A stretch of DNA of 32,000 nucleotides from an uncultured archaeon (GCA_964586355.1 CAZPGO010000030.1:60001-92000); one strand, 5' to 3'; shown: positions 1 to 10,028, counted from the first letter of the stretch. The notes: a model not told the origin generated them from the letters alone. Numbers and translations are program-made.

Positions 1-567
1 GCTGTTCAACAAACCTGTCAGAGATGTCATGGAACAGGAAAAATTATTACTGATGAGTGTAAGAAGTGTTCTGGAAAAGGTTATGTAAAGCAAACCTCAA
101 CAATTAGTGTGGATATTCCTTCAGGTATTAATAATGGTGATTATCTAAGATTAAGGAATCAAGGAAATGAGAGAGTAGATAAGAAGGGCGATTTGTTTAT
201 ATTAATTAGTGTAGCAAATCACGAGTTTTTTAAAAGAAGTGGAGCAGATCTATATTGTGAAGTTCCTTTAACATATTCTGATTTGGTTTTAGGTACAAAA
301 ATAACCATTAAAGGAATACAAGACACTATTAACTTAAAAGTACCTTCTGAGACAACCCCAGGAACCCTTTTTAATGTAAGAGGTAAGGGTTTATCAGATC
401 CAAATAAAAGAGGAGTTCATGGATCTTTGTTTGTTAAGGTTACTTTGGCTATGCCTACTAATGTTAATAAGGATTATAAAGAGTTTTTATCTAAAATAAA
501 TTCTATTGATGATAAATATACTAAGAAAAAAATACAACAAAAATTAAAAGAATATGTTTCTGTTTAA
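1..567 (+). CDS. dnaJ: Chaperone DnaJ, C-terminal part (5' end outside window)
   Basis: Frame +1 is open from base 1. The translation AVQQTCQRCHGTGKIITDECKKCSGKGYV carries two CxxCxGxG zinc-finger repeats. These are followed by the DnaJ C-terminal substrate-binding region (listed ORF 109-567). Confidence 0.85.
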   Translation, partial: AVQQTCQRCHGTGKIITDECKKCSGKGYVKQTSTISVDIPSGINNGDYLRLRNQGNERVDKKGDLFILISVANHEFFKRSGADLYCEVPLTYSDLVLGTKITIKGIQDTINLKVPSETTPGTLFNVRGKGLSDPNKRGVHGSLFVKVTLAMPTNVNKDYKEFLSKINSIDDKYTKKKIQQKLKEYVSV

Positions 568-3500
568 AAAAAGTCTGATAAAGATCTTTGTTTTTTTTCT
601 TCTTTATCTAAAAATAGACTGTCAATTTCTTCTTCACAAAGATTTATTCTTTGTAGTAGGTATGGTTTTAGATCGTACTCAATAATTATTTTTTTAGCTA
701 TTTCTAGATATTTTTTAATAGATCCTTTTGCAATTGTTAGTATAATGTTTCCTCCACAAGAGCAGGTTCCTGATAGAGGTATTCTTCTAAATTTTGCATT
801 ACATTTTACGCATCTTAATTTTTGTCTGGAAAAAGCTCTAGTGTTTCCAATAATATCTGGAAATAAATGATAATGTAGTAATCTTTCTAGGGCGTCTTTT
901 TGATCAACAGCAATAAGTCTTTCTTGAAGTTTTGCTTGTTTTAGAACTTTATCGCTCATTGCTTTTATGGTAATATATGCACTTTGCTTTGGTCCTTCAT
1001 CAAAGGAATTGGTATCATGTGTGAATTTTATGGAGTTGTATTGGTCTTTTGTTCCAAGTAATTTTCTAGCACTAATAATCCCTGGTATTTTGTCCGGATC
1101 TCCAAAGTTTTTGGCCATCTCGTAAAACTCGTAAGGATAACTGGTATTTGTTTCTATCTCGTGAGACTCATCATCAATCTCATAAGGGCTTAGGGTTGTT
1201 GTAAAAGCTATTGGTGCATCCATTCTACCGCCCCTACCAACACTTAGATAACTTTGAGAAAAGTTAAGTAGCCCATCTAATAGTAAAAGCATAGAATCCT
1301 GATCCCCATCAACATTTCTTCTTTTTGCAGTAATATAATAAGGATGTCCCCAACAAAGTTTTGCTTTAGAAAAACCAATGATTCTTCCAACAATTCCTGC
1401 TGATGTGTGTGGTGCAAGTCCAATTACATATTGTCCAATCAGGTCTTCTCTTGTTTTTGCATTATAATATTTATTTAACCCATAGAATTTTTCTAAAAGA
1501 TCATCAATAAACCAACTAACTCTTAAAAAATATTCTCCACAGTTTTCATCAACAATAATATCTTGTGGAAATATAGATGCTCTTTGGTTTTCGTCTTTTA
1601 GTTCTTTATCAAGATAATCTTTTTTATAACCTAATTCTTTAAATTTATCTAAAGACAAGTTAAGTTCTTTTGCTGACACTTGAGAGATGGTTGCATTTAG
1701 TGCTTCATATCTACAGGTGCCATCTCTAAAAACATATACTTCATGTTTTGCTCTAAGAATTCCTTTTTCTAATGGTTCTGCTATTCTTTTTGAGCTTACA
1801 AGTCCTTTTACTCCTTTTAGTGTTTGAGGTATTCCTACTTTTAGGTTTTTACTTGCTCTTTCTATTAATGAATCTAAATTTATTTTGTGATTAGTTTCAG
1901 GAATAGTTTCCTCTTTACAAACCGGACAGACTTTTTCAAAAGTTTTTTTGCCGCATTTTGCGCAGCTTCTCATCTCATTTGCTTCTAACTGACATTCAAA
2001 GCAATAGTTATGATAAAGTATTTTTTTACAGTTAGGGCAATAATAAGATCTAACTTCCACAGAATTGATTCCATATTCTCCAGCAGCAGCACGATCTGAT
2101 TTTTTTGTGCTTGCTTTTATTAGATCTCTATTGTTTCCAAAGCCTCTACCAATAGGGAAAAGAACATTTGGTTTTCCTGCCATTATTCTTTCGTGTGCTG
2201 CTTCTGGTCTGCCCATTCTTGTTCCTATATAGGTTCCTGATTTTTCTTTAATCTCTATTCCTGAAATTTGACTTAATATTTCTACTATTGGTTTCTCTTT
2301 TAATTCTTCAAAATTGAATTTTGTTAATGGATCTAAAGCATTTAGTGCTCCAACAGTTTTTAGAAAAGGATATGCTTGATCTTTATCTATAAAAATCTTA
2401 TTCTCTTCTTCTAGGTATTTATGCACTAAACCTATTTTTTCTAGTATTTTTTTTATTTCTTTATTATAATTTATTTTTATTCCTATTATGTTTTCAGTAG
2501 GTTTTGTAAGTTTAAAAAAATCAATTTTTTCTAAAATTTCTTTTAGATCTGCCAAATGTTTGTTTTTTGTGCTTTCTACATCTCCAAAAAGTTTTTCTGA
2601 GGTTCTTATTTCTTTTATTAGGGTTTGTAGTTCTTCTATTGTTAGCAGATCATAATAAAATAAATATTTTGGAAATAATGGTAAGTTATATTTTAAGCTA
2701 ATAGCAACAGCTGTATACGGATCAGGATTTTTATAAAAATCATTACAGAACTCAAATGTTTTTTTATCTATTTTTTCTTTAATTAATAAATATTCTATTA
2801 ATGACAACCACTCTTCTTCAACAAAACCATTTTTCAACAAAGGGTGTCCACTTTTTCTAAAGTCTCCTATGTTTATTAAAAGATCTCCTAAAAACAAAAC
2901 TTTTTCTATTTCTTCTCTATATTCTAAAGCTGTTTTTACATCTTTTATATAAATAACATCTTTATTTTTAAGTCTTACAATTGGGCCATCAATTGTAGAA
3001 CAAGGGAAAAACTGTAAAGATTTTCCTGGTCTTTCTATTCTTCCATGTGTGCCAACAGCAATAAATTCATCTAGAACATACATGGTTGAGGGATTGATCG
3101 CTTTTGCCATTAATCCAGTGTTTCTACCTTTTCCATATCTAAGCCTAAAACCACCAGGCACAAAAGGGTATCCAAAAACCGGTCTGCCAGCTGCTAGTCC
3201 TTCTAAATATTTTGTAGATGGTTTTAATTCAAAAGAACCTTCTGAAGTTTTTTCCACTTTTATTAATTTTTCTAACCAACTCCAATTAAGTCCCATCTTT
3301 TTACTGGTCTTAAGTATTTTCATCGCTCTTACATAAAGCCCATCAATTAAAACCAAACACATTGCTCCACGAATTCTGTTTGTTGGTATTGATTTTATAT
3401 CTCTATTTACTATTATTTCTACATTGCTATCTGGAAAACTATTTACACAGATAGCACAGTTTTCAATAATTATTTTCATTTCTTGTTCTGTTACTCTTTG

Positions 3501-4112
3501 TTGTCTTGCAACAATCTCGTCTTGATAGATTGATACTTCTTCAATTACTCTATCAACTATTTCTTTTGAAGGTTTAAATCTATCCAAATGTAATTTTTCT
3601 CTAGCAAGATCTGCAAGTAACAAAGGAAGTGTTTGTGCATTACCTCCAGCTGCTCTGATAGGTCCTGCATAGTAAATATCAGCATATTTAGTTCCATCTT
3701 GGTTTTCTGAAATCTTAATCTCAGGAAGTCCATCTAAGGGGGATACTACAACACCTTCTGTTTCAATAATCAGTGCTGTTCTTATTGCTTGATCTAATCT
3801 TTTTTCAGGGTCTTCTATATTTCCTAGTTTTTTATCAAGAATCAGGTGAAAAATATCAAGCATTACTTTGAATCTATCGTGAGAATGTTTTTCCCAAAGT
3901 TCATCATATACCTCTGCAACACCCTTAGGTCCAACCAACAGTTCTGTTTTTTCTGCAATTCCTGTTGCTGGTATAGATTCTATATCTTCACAAACATCTC
4001 TTTTTGTGGCTCTGGCTTTTTTTGCTAGATCTACAGTTAGAGTTACATCTTCATTTAGTTTTTTATAATATTCTTTAACTTCTTTGGTTGCAACTAATTT
4101 TTCTAAATTCAT
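564..4112 (-). CDS. polC: DNA polymerase II (PolD) large subunit DP2
   Basis: 1182-aa ORF with several Cys4 zinc modules: CPNCKK..CFEC, CAKCGKK..CPVC, and the C-terminal CVKCNAKFRRIPLSGTCSCGG. Size and layout are typical of archaeal DP2. Its start overlaps the DP1 stop by 4 nt (4109-4112). There is no intein-sized insertion. Confidence 0.9.
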   Translation of the reverse strand: MNLEKLVATKEVKEYYKKLNEDVTLTVDLAKKARATKRDVCEDIESIPATGIAEKTELLVGPKGVAEVYDELWEKHSHDRFKVMLDIFHLILDKKLGNIEDPEKRLDQAIRTALIIETEGVVVSPLDGLPEIKISENQDGTKYADIYYAGPIRAAGGNAQTLPLLLADLAREKLHLDRFKPSKEIVDRVIEEVSIYQDEIVARQQRVTEQEMKIIIENCAICVNSFPDSNVEIIVNRDIKSIPTNRIRGAMCLVLIDGLYVRAMKILKTSKKMGLNWSWLEKLIKVEKTSEGSFELKPSTKYLEGLAAGRPVFGYPFVPGGFRLRYGKGRNTGLMAKAINPSTMYVLDEFIAVGTHGRIERPGKSLQFFPCSTIDGPIVRLKNKDVIYIKDVKTALEYREEIEKVLFLGDLLINIGDFRKSGHPLLKNGFVEEEWLSLIEYLLIKEKIDKKTFEFCNDFYKNPDPYTAVAISLKYNLPLFPKYLFYYDLLTIEELQTLIKEIRTSEKLFGDVESTKNKHLADLKEILEKIDFFKLTKPTENIIGIKINYNKEIKKILEKIGLVHKYLEEENKIFIDKDQAYPFLKTVGALNALDPLTKFNFEELKEKPIVEILSQISGIEIKEKSGTYIGTRMGRPEAAHERIMAGKPNVLFPIGRGFGNNRDLIKASTKKSDRAAAGEYGINSVEVRSYYCPNCKKILYHNYCFECQLEANEMRSCAKCGKKTFEKVCPVCKEETIPETNHKINLDSLIERASKNLKVGIPQTLKGVKGLVSSKRIAEPLEKGILRAKHEVYVFRDGTCRYEALNATISQVSAKELNLSLDKFKELGYKKDYLDKELKDENQRASIFPQDIIVDENCGEYFLRVSWFIDDLLEKFYGLNKYYNAKTREDLIGQYVIGLAPHTSAGIVGRIIGFSKAKLCWGHPYYITAKRRNVDGDQDSMLLLLDGLLNFSQSYLSVGRGGRMDAPIAFTTTLSPYEIDDESHEIETNTSYPYEFYEMAKNFGDPDKIPGIISARKLLGTKDQYNSIKFTHDTNSFDEGPKQSAYITIKAMSDKVLKQAKLQERLIAVDQKDALERLLHYHLFPDIIGNTRAFSRQKLRCVKCNAKFRRIPLSGTCSCGGNIILTIAKGSIKKYLEIAKKIIIEYDLKPYLLQRINLCEEEIDSLFLDKEEKKQRSLSDFF

Positions 4113-5542
4113 TTTCTATCCTTATAAAAATCTTTAACAATAATTTCTTGTGTTTTTAAATTAAATAAAATTACTTTTGATAACGTTGGTATATGCCCAT
4201 TTTCTATTTGATAGCTAGTTATTGATTGCCAACATGATGCAGCAATAAGATGTGTATGTTTGTATTTAGAAAAGGAGTGGTGGTGTATATGTCCACAAAT
4301 AAAAACATCTGGAACCTCAGTAATTGTTAAAAAGTTTTTTTCAATAGGCATAAACATTTGTCTTTCCCCATATTGTGGCATAAGATCTCTTCTTTTTAGT
4401 AATTCTCTTAATGCATGATCAGGCCGGTCTGTTTTAACACCTTGTATTTCTCCAAAAATCCCATGTAAGGAATTCCCATGATACACTAAAAATAAAAGTC
4501 CTTCTAAATCTATCCAAGTAGGAGATCCTAACATATGTATGTTTTCTTTAGTGTATAACCTTGGCAAAAATTTATCACTAACCGCAGGTTGTGGATCTGA
4601 AAGTCTAACAGCATCATGATTTCCTGGGCTTATAAATATTTCAATATCTTGTGGAATTTTTAGTATGTGTTCTTCAAATAGGCGATATTGTTCAAAGATG
4701 TCTGTTATTGCAAGTTCACTAAACTGTTTAGGATATATGCCAATACCATCTACAAGATCTCCAGCAACTATTAAATATTTTATTTTTGAAACTAGTTCTG
4801 TATCTTCACAGTTTTTATTATTTAACCAATCTATAAAATCAATAAAATCATCTTCTAAAAAAAGATTACTGCCTACATGTGTATCTGCAATTATTGCAAC
4901 ATAACAATCATCATCAAGATTTGTGTTTTTTTGTTCATATGGTATGTCTGGGAAATAATATTCTTTTACAATTAGCATATCTTTAGATAAAACACCACAT
5001 CTAAACCCGATAACATTATCATTTAACAACTGTTTTGCTTGAATAAGTTCTTCAGGAGTTTTACAAGTCATAATTAGATTTATTTTTCCTGTGGGATCAT
5101 CAACTACTATAAGCATATTCCCGTTTTTGGTTATCCTTTTTTCATAAACCATTGCAATAATATCTACTTCTTTGTTTTTTATTTCTGTTTTTGCTTGTGC
5201 TATAGTAATTGGTTTAAAGTCTACTCTTTTTTTTATAATCCCAGAAAGTGTTTCATATTTATCTAAAAAAAGTTTTAAAAAATCTGGAACCGATCCTTGC
5301 GACAAATTTTTATTAGTAACATCATATTTTTCAAGAATATTAAAATTTTTATGATATTCTTTTTTATCTTCTATTTTACAGGTATTAAGAATTTTTTTAA
5401 TATGTTCAGGAGTGATAAACAGATCTTCTGTTGAAAGGCTATCTATTACTTTTTTATAATTATAAATATTTAGAAGTCTTAATGCTTCTTCAGTAATGAT
5501 CAAATTTTTATTTTCTGCGTATTTTAGTATTTTTTCATCCAT
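4109..5542 (-). CDS. polB: DNA polymerase II (PolD) small subunit DP1
   Basis: 477 aa. Calcineurin-like phosphoesterase motifs (DTHVGS, GDLVDGIG, GNHD, GHIHH) follow an OB-like region. It lies directly upstream of, and overlaps, DP2. Confidence 0.9.
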   Translation of the reverse strand: MDEKILKYAENKNLIITEEALRLLNIYNYKKVIDSLSTEDLFITPEHIKKILNTCKIEDKKEYHKNFNILEKYDVTNKNLSQGSVPDFLKLFLDKYETLSGIIKKRVDFKPITIAQAKTEIKNKEVDIIAMVYEKRITKNGNMLIVVDDPTGKINLIMTCKTPEELIQAKQLLNDNVIGFRCGVLSKDMLIVKEYYFPDIPYEQKNTNLDDDCYVAIIADTHVGSNLFLEDDFIDFIDWLNNKNCEDTELVSKIKYLIVAGDLVDGIGIYPKQFSELAITDIFEQYRLFEEHILKIPQDIEIFISPGNHDAVRLSDPQPAVSDKFLPRLYTKENIHMLGSPTWIDLEGLLFLVYHGNSLHGIFGEIQGVKTDRPDHALRELLKRRDLMPQYGERQMFMPIEKNFLTITEVPDVFICGHIHHHSFSKYKHTHLIAASCWQSITSYQIENGHIPTLSKVILFNLKTQEIIVKDFYKDRK

Positions 5543-5550
5543 TACTTTCT

Positions 5551-5823
5551 TTATTTTATAGTTTCTTTAAGTTTTTCTAGTTTGCTTATTAATGACCACA
5601 CAGCACTTCTACAAAATTGTGGTACATTGTTGTTGTTTGTTATTTCTTCTAATTGATAAAGTATGCTAGAGATCTCTACTACATCTTCTTTTTTAGTTAA
5701 TCTAGCTTCTATTCCATTTAATAGTAATTTAAGATTTTTAGGTATTGAAGAATCTTCTATTAAAAATTCAATTTCTGCAATTATTTCTTCAAGAATTTCT
5801 GAAGTGTCTATCTTTTTTTTCAT
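5551..5823 (-). CDS. UPF0147-family small helical protein
   Basis: 90 aa. The segments SSIPKNLKLLL and NNVPQFCRSAVWSLISKLEKL resemble, from memory, the conserved VPRNIRR and P.haRt.iW.iis.LE segments of archaeal UPF0147 (PF03685) proteins. It ends 8 nt before the DP1 start. Confidence 0.5.
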   Translation of the reverse strand: MKKKIDTSEILEEIIAEIEFLIEDSSIPKNLKLLLNGIEARLTKKEDVVEISSILYQLEEITNNNNVPQFCRSAVWSLISKLEKLKETIK

Positions 5824-5964
5824 ATTTATCGCCTTTTTGTTTTTTAGATTATTAAAATTAGTAAACCCTTTATTATATTTTTGTTTGAAACTATTTTTAA
5901 TAGCTATGGTTAGGTGTTTTAAAATTAAGTTTTTTTTAAAAACTTTTTTTTTAAAAGTGAAATT

Positions 5965-6867
5965 TTAGTGTTTTTTAAAAGGATATTTTATAATATCTTT
6001 CATAAGCACATTTTCTTCGCCCTTAAGCTCAGAATCTTTTTCATAGGTGCTAGAAACTATTATTTTTTTATTTGGATTATTTTCTTTTATAGACTCCAAA
6101 ACCTTTTTTTGTTCTTCTTTTGAGATTGTAGGATTATACACAAAAACAACAAGATCTGCAATAGTTTTTATTGCAACAATTGCTTGTTTTTCTATCTTGT
6201 TCATATCCTTAAAATCTAAATGTATAATTCCTGGAGTGTCAACTACTTGAATCATTTCTTCTCTTCTACTAAAGTATCCAATATTAAGTGCTTTTGTGGT
6301 AAACGCATAACTATTGATCTCAGGATTTGCACTAGTTATATTAGTAAGAAAAGTAGTTTTTCCAGCATTTGGTGCGCCCACTAAACAAATAGTAAAAAGA
6401 TTAAAGTCTGGTTTTGCTATTCTTTTATACTCTTTTGCTAAATTTAGTAATTCTTCATTGGTTTTATCCAGTTTTTTAATAACTGAAGCTATTCTTCCAA
6501 AGAATTCTTTTCTTACTAGTATTTGTCTACTCATTTTGCTTTTTCTATCAGTATATCTTACAAGCACTTTCTTATATTTTTCACAGAGCTTGTTGATAAT
6601 ATGTATGGTGCTTCTATAATGATTTTTATATCTTTCAAGTGTGCTTTCTGCAACTATGTTTTTAGACATAAATCTATAATAATCATTCATTTTCTCATTA
6701 TCTGGTAAGCCATTAAGTATTTTTGTGTATTTTTCTGTAATTAATATTTGATAGGTTGAGATATATTTTACTGCATTTTCTTTTCTTTGTAACTCTCTAT
6801 TTTTTTTAATACTATTTACAATAATATCAAGCATCTCTTGAGATTTATATATTCTTGGAAATTGCAT
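5965..6867 (-). CDS. NOG1-type GTP-binding protein
   Basis: 300 aa. An N-terminal helical region is followed by G1 GAPNAGKTTF and G3 DTPG, as in archaeal NOG1/MJ1464-like GTPases. Confidence 0.7.
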   Translation of the reverse strand: MQFPRIYKSQEMLDIIVNSIKKNRELQRKENAVKYISTYQILITEKYTKILNGLPDNEKMNDYYRFMSKNIVAESTLERYKNHYRSTIHIINKLCEKYKKVLVRYTDRKSKMSRQILVRKEFFGRIASVIKKLDKTNEELLNLAKEYKRIAKPDFNLFTICLVGAPNAGKTTFLTNITSANPEINSYAFTTKALNIGYFSRREEMIQVVDTPGIIHLDFKDMNKIEKQAIVAIKTIADLVVFVYNPTISKEEQKKVLESIKENNPNKKIIVSSTYEKDSELKGEENVLMKDIIKYPFKKH

Positions 6868-7001
6868 ATTTGATTTCTCTTGAAAAAATTTATTTAAAAA
6901 GGGTTCTATTTATAATTATAATATATATAAAATATAATATAAGTCTATGTTATTTTTAAAAATAGCAAATCTTTATTTTAATTTAATTTGAGGAATTATA
7001 T

Positions 7002-8078
7002 ATGAAATTTATTACAGAAAAGAATTATAAACGTCTTATGATTATTCCAATTATTATGTTGGTAATCTTTTTATTTTTAATTTTAGTTTATCCAGGAGTT
7101 CAAAAAGGAATTGATCTTAAAGGAGGAAATCAACTTATTTTAAGATATGATGAAAAAAAAGATTTTCAAGGTTTAGATCAAGAGCTATTAAATAATTTTA
7201 GAGTAATGGAGGCTAAAGTAAGTGAAACAGTTAGCCCAACAGAATATGGTTTGTTAATAGAATATTCTCATCAACCTGATATTGAGTCAGTAAGAGCTCA
7301 AAAAGATTCTTTAGATTATTTAAATAGTAATATAGAAGATCTAAAATCTCAAGCAAAATCTCTTTTAGATCCTTTGTTAGAAAAGGGTTTTTTAACGTCT
7401 GCAAATGTTAATGAAATTGATATCATAAATAACAAAGATGATCTAAAAACATATGTAAACGAATCCATTGTTCTTGCAAATAATTCTTTTAATGAAAATG
7501 TAGTGAATTTTATAAAAGAATATTTAGATCTAACAGATGATGAAAATGTAAGAATTCAAACAAGAGATGTTTCTGCAACTCTTGGAGATGACTTTGTAAA
7601 AAGTTCTGTTATTGTTGGTTTATTTGCTTTTATATTTTTAGTTTTAGTTATATTATTTTTCTTTAAAGAACTAATCCCATCAGGATTAATAATATTTTCC
7701 GCAATTTTTGATGTGCTGGCTGGTTTAGCTGGAATGGCTTTGTTGGGTTTACCATTAAGTTTAACAACTATTCCTGCGTTATTAATGCTTGTTGGTTACT
7801 CTGTTGATACAGATATATTAATTGCTTCTAGGTTATTAAAACAAAGAAAAGGAGATTCCTTTTCTACTCTTAATAGATCTGCATCTACTGGTCTAACCAT
7901 GACTTTTACAACATTAGCTACTGTTATTGTTATGATGATTATTTCTTATTTTACACAAATGTATGTAATTTTAGAAATAGCAACAATATTATTTTTCGGT
8001 TTGATTGGAGATTTATTTAGTACTTGGTGCTTTAATGGTCCTGCATTAATCAGATATATTTTACATAAAAATAAATAA
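7002..8078 (+). CDS. secF: Protein-export membrane protein SecF
   Basis: 358 aa. An N-terminal TM helix and a large extracytoplasmic loop are followed by a C-terminal multi-TM SecD/SecF domain (GYSVDTDILIASRL). GAGG lies about 10 nt upstream of the ATG. The secF-then-secD order matches haloarchaeal secFD. Confidence 0.8.
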   Translation: MKFITEKNYKRLMIIPIIMLVIFLFLILVYPGVQKGIDLKGGNQLILRYDEKKDFQGLDQELLNNFRVMEAKVSETVSPTEYGLLIEYSHQPDIESVRAQKDSLDYLNSNIEDLKSQAKSLLDPLLEKGFLTSANVNEIDIINNKDDLKTYVNESIVLANNSFNENVVNFIKEYLDLTDDENVRIQTRDVSATLGDDFVKSSVIVGLFAFIFLVLVILFFFKELIPSGLIIFSAIFDVLAGLAGMALLGLPLSLTTIPALLMLVGYSVDTDILIASRLLKQRKGDSFSTLNRSASTGLTMTFTTLATVIVMMIISYFTQMYVILEIATILFFGLIGDLFSTWCFNGPALIRYILHKNK

Positions 8079-8115
8079 AAACATTAAATGATATTTTTTA
8101 AAAAGGTGAATTTTC

Positions 8116-9753
8116 GTGAAAAGTTTAATAAAAAAACCAGTGATTATATTTTGGGCAATTTGTTTAATAATTGCAATATTTTTATTATCCACCAAAGGTT
8201 TACAATATGGGGTGGATTTTAGTGGAGGTACTGCTTTTTCAATTGTGTTAGAAGAGCCAGTACCTGCAGAAGATATTTCTAGAGTAACTTCTGTTATTTC
8301 TAGAAGACTTGATTGGGCAGGATTAAAGGATGCTAAAGTAAATGCTGCTGGTAATCAGTATATTACAGCACAGCTTGCTGAATCAGATCCAGAAAAAATT
8401 TCAAAATTAAGAACAAATCTTCTAAGACAGGGTAAATTTGAGGCCATATTAGATGGAGAAGTTCTTTTTGTAGGAGAAGAGATACGATCTATTCAAAAAG
8501 ATCCAGCAAAAGGGTATGGAACCTCTGTTGTTGATAATAGTGGTGCTGCAAGATGGGTTTTACCTTTCATGTTATCCCCAGAGGCAGCAAATAGATTTGC
8601 TGAAATGACCTTTCATAAATGTAATCCTATAGGTTATGGTACTGAAATAGAGTATGATTGTGAAAAAACATATTTTTTTATTGATAGACCTATAGACTCT
8701 ATAATTATAATAGATAATGAAACATATTTTGCAGAAAGAGAAGTACCTTCTGCTCCTGAGCTATTACAAAGTGATTTCCTAAAAATTGAAGAAATATTGG
8801 ATCAAGTAAGAACAAAGTATTATGTTGTTGATAGTAATCTTACTACTGAACAGTTAACAGAGATTACTGTTGATTTAAATGTTTATACTAAAGCCATAGT
8901 TTCTAGTAATGTTGCTAACTCCATAAAAGAGCAACTAAGAGATTTAGGTTATAAAATAACAATAAAAGAGAAAAGTAAGGAAACTGTTCCTTGGGTGTGG
9001 GAAGCAACAGGTCTAAAATCAGTAATCTCATTAACAGATAGTGTTACAAACATGGATGCTCCTACATTAGATTCTCCAAGATTTCAAAGATTTAATAATT
9101 TAACAATAACCGGTTCTGGAGAAACACAATCACAAGCAAAAGAAAGATTAGAAGAGATTGTAGTTATTCTAGAATCAGGTTCTCTACCAATTGCAATTGA
9201 AAGTATAAGTACTGAAACCATTTCTCCATATCTTGGGGATTCTTTTTTAAAGAATTCTTTACTAATTGGTTTATTTGCTTTGCTTACAGTGGCTATTGTT
9301 TTGTTTTTTAGATATAAATTACTTAGTTTAACAATACCAATATTAATTGCAGATCTTTCAGAGATAACCTTACTTTTAGCTGCATTATCTTTAATAAGTT
9401 ATAGATTAGATCTAGCATCTGTTGCTGGTGTTCTTGCAATTATTGGTACTGCTGTTGATCATAAGATTATTATTACAGATGAGTTAATAAAAGGTAAAAA
9501 AGATGAAACAGATTCTAATGAAAGTCCAATAGTGAAGATCAAAAAAGCCTTTTTTGTAATCTTTGCATCTGCTGCGACCATTATGGCTACTATGCTTCCA
9601 ATTATATTGTTTAGTACTGGTTTAAGTAAGCTAGTTGGTTTTGCAATAACTATTATCTTAGGATCATTAGTGGGTATTTTTATCTCTAGACCAGCATATG
9701 CAGAATTTGCTAAATATGCTGTAACTAAAGCTAAAAAAAAGAAAGCAAAATAG
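8116..9753 (+). CDS. secD: Protein-export membrane protein SecD
   Basis: 545 aa. An N-terminal TM helix and an extracytoplasmic domain of about 350 aa are followed by a C-terminal SecD/SecF TM domain (IGTAVDHKIIITDEL). The GTG start is preceded by AGGTGA. Confidence 0.8.
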   Translation: MKSLIKKPVIIFWAICLIIAIFLLSTKGLQYGVDFSGGTAFSIVLEEPVPAEDISRVTSVISRRLDWAGLKDAKVNAAGNQYITAQLAESDPEKISKLRTNLLRQGKFEAILDGEVLFVGEEIRSIQKDPAKGYGTSVVDNSGAARWVLPFMLSPEAANRFAEMTFHKCNPIGYGTEIEYDCEKTYFFIDRPIDSIIIIDNETYFAEREVPSAPELLQSDFLKIEEILDQVRTKYYVVDSNLTTEQLTEITVDLNVYTKAIVSSNVANSIKEQLRDLGYKITIKEKSKETVPWVWEATGLKSVISLTDSVTNMDAPTLDSPRFQRFNNLTITGSGETQSQAKERLEEIVVILESGSLPIAIESISTETISPYLGDSFLKNSLLIGLFALLTVAIVLFFRYKLLSLTIPILIADLSEITLLLAALSLISYRLDLASVAGVLAIIGTAVDHKIIITDELIKGKKDETDSNESPIVKIKKAFFVIFASAATIMATMLPIILFSTGLSKLVGFAITIILGSLVGIFISRPAYAEFAKYAVTKAKKKKAK

Positions 9754-9756
9754 TTT

Positions 9757-9797
9757 TTTAGTTCTTTTTTTATTTTCTATTTTTTTGTAACTAATAT
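9757..9797 (+). terminator. Oligo-T tract cluster after secD (archaeal-type terminator)
   Basis: Three runs of 6-7 T lie directly after the secD stop: tag TTTTTT agttc TTTTTTT attttctat TTTTTT. Confidence 0.4.
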
Positions 9798-9820
9798 GTG
9801 TGGTGTTTTCTGGTTAACAA

Positions 9821-9871
9821 GAGGGCGATACTTAATCGTTTTTCTTTTTCTTTTACTCAGATCGCACCCTC
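9821..9871. other. GC-rich imperfect hairpin in a long convergent spacer (candidate structured RNA or terminator element)
   Basis: GAGGGCGAT (9821-9829) pairs with ATCGCACCCTC (9861-9871) with one bulged A. An internal competing CGAT/ATCG pairing is possible. On the + strand the stem is followed by T-rich sequence. Confidence 0.25.
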
Positions 9872-10028
9872 TGTGAGCTTATTTTGCTGTTTTTTGTTTT
9901 GGTGGTATTAATTTTTATTGTGGTGGTGTATAATAGATATATATGACAGAAACCAATAGAACATAACCGTCCTACACTAATCTAACTAAATTTATTTATA
10001 TTAGAATAAACCTAAAAATATTTTTTTT

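Noticed and set aside
564-4112. A possible intein or insertion in the PolD large subunit.
   Set aside because: The 1182-aa length is within the normal intein-free range for DP2. I saw no intein splicing-block motifs or homing-endonuclease-like segment.
9796-9876. A 26-codon ORF (MCGVFWLTRGRYLIVFLFLLLRSHPL) in the long secD-downstream spacer.
   Set aside because: It is too short. It has no ribosome-binding signal that I can see, and it simply spans the hairpin region. It is more likely non-coding.
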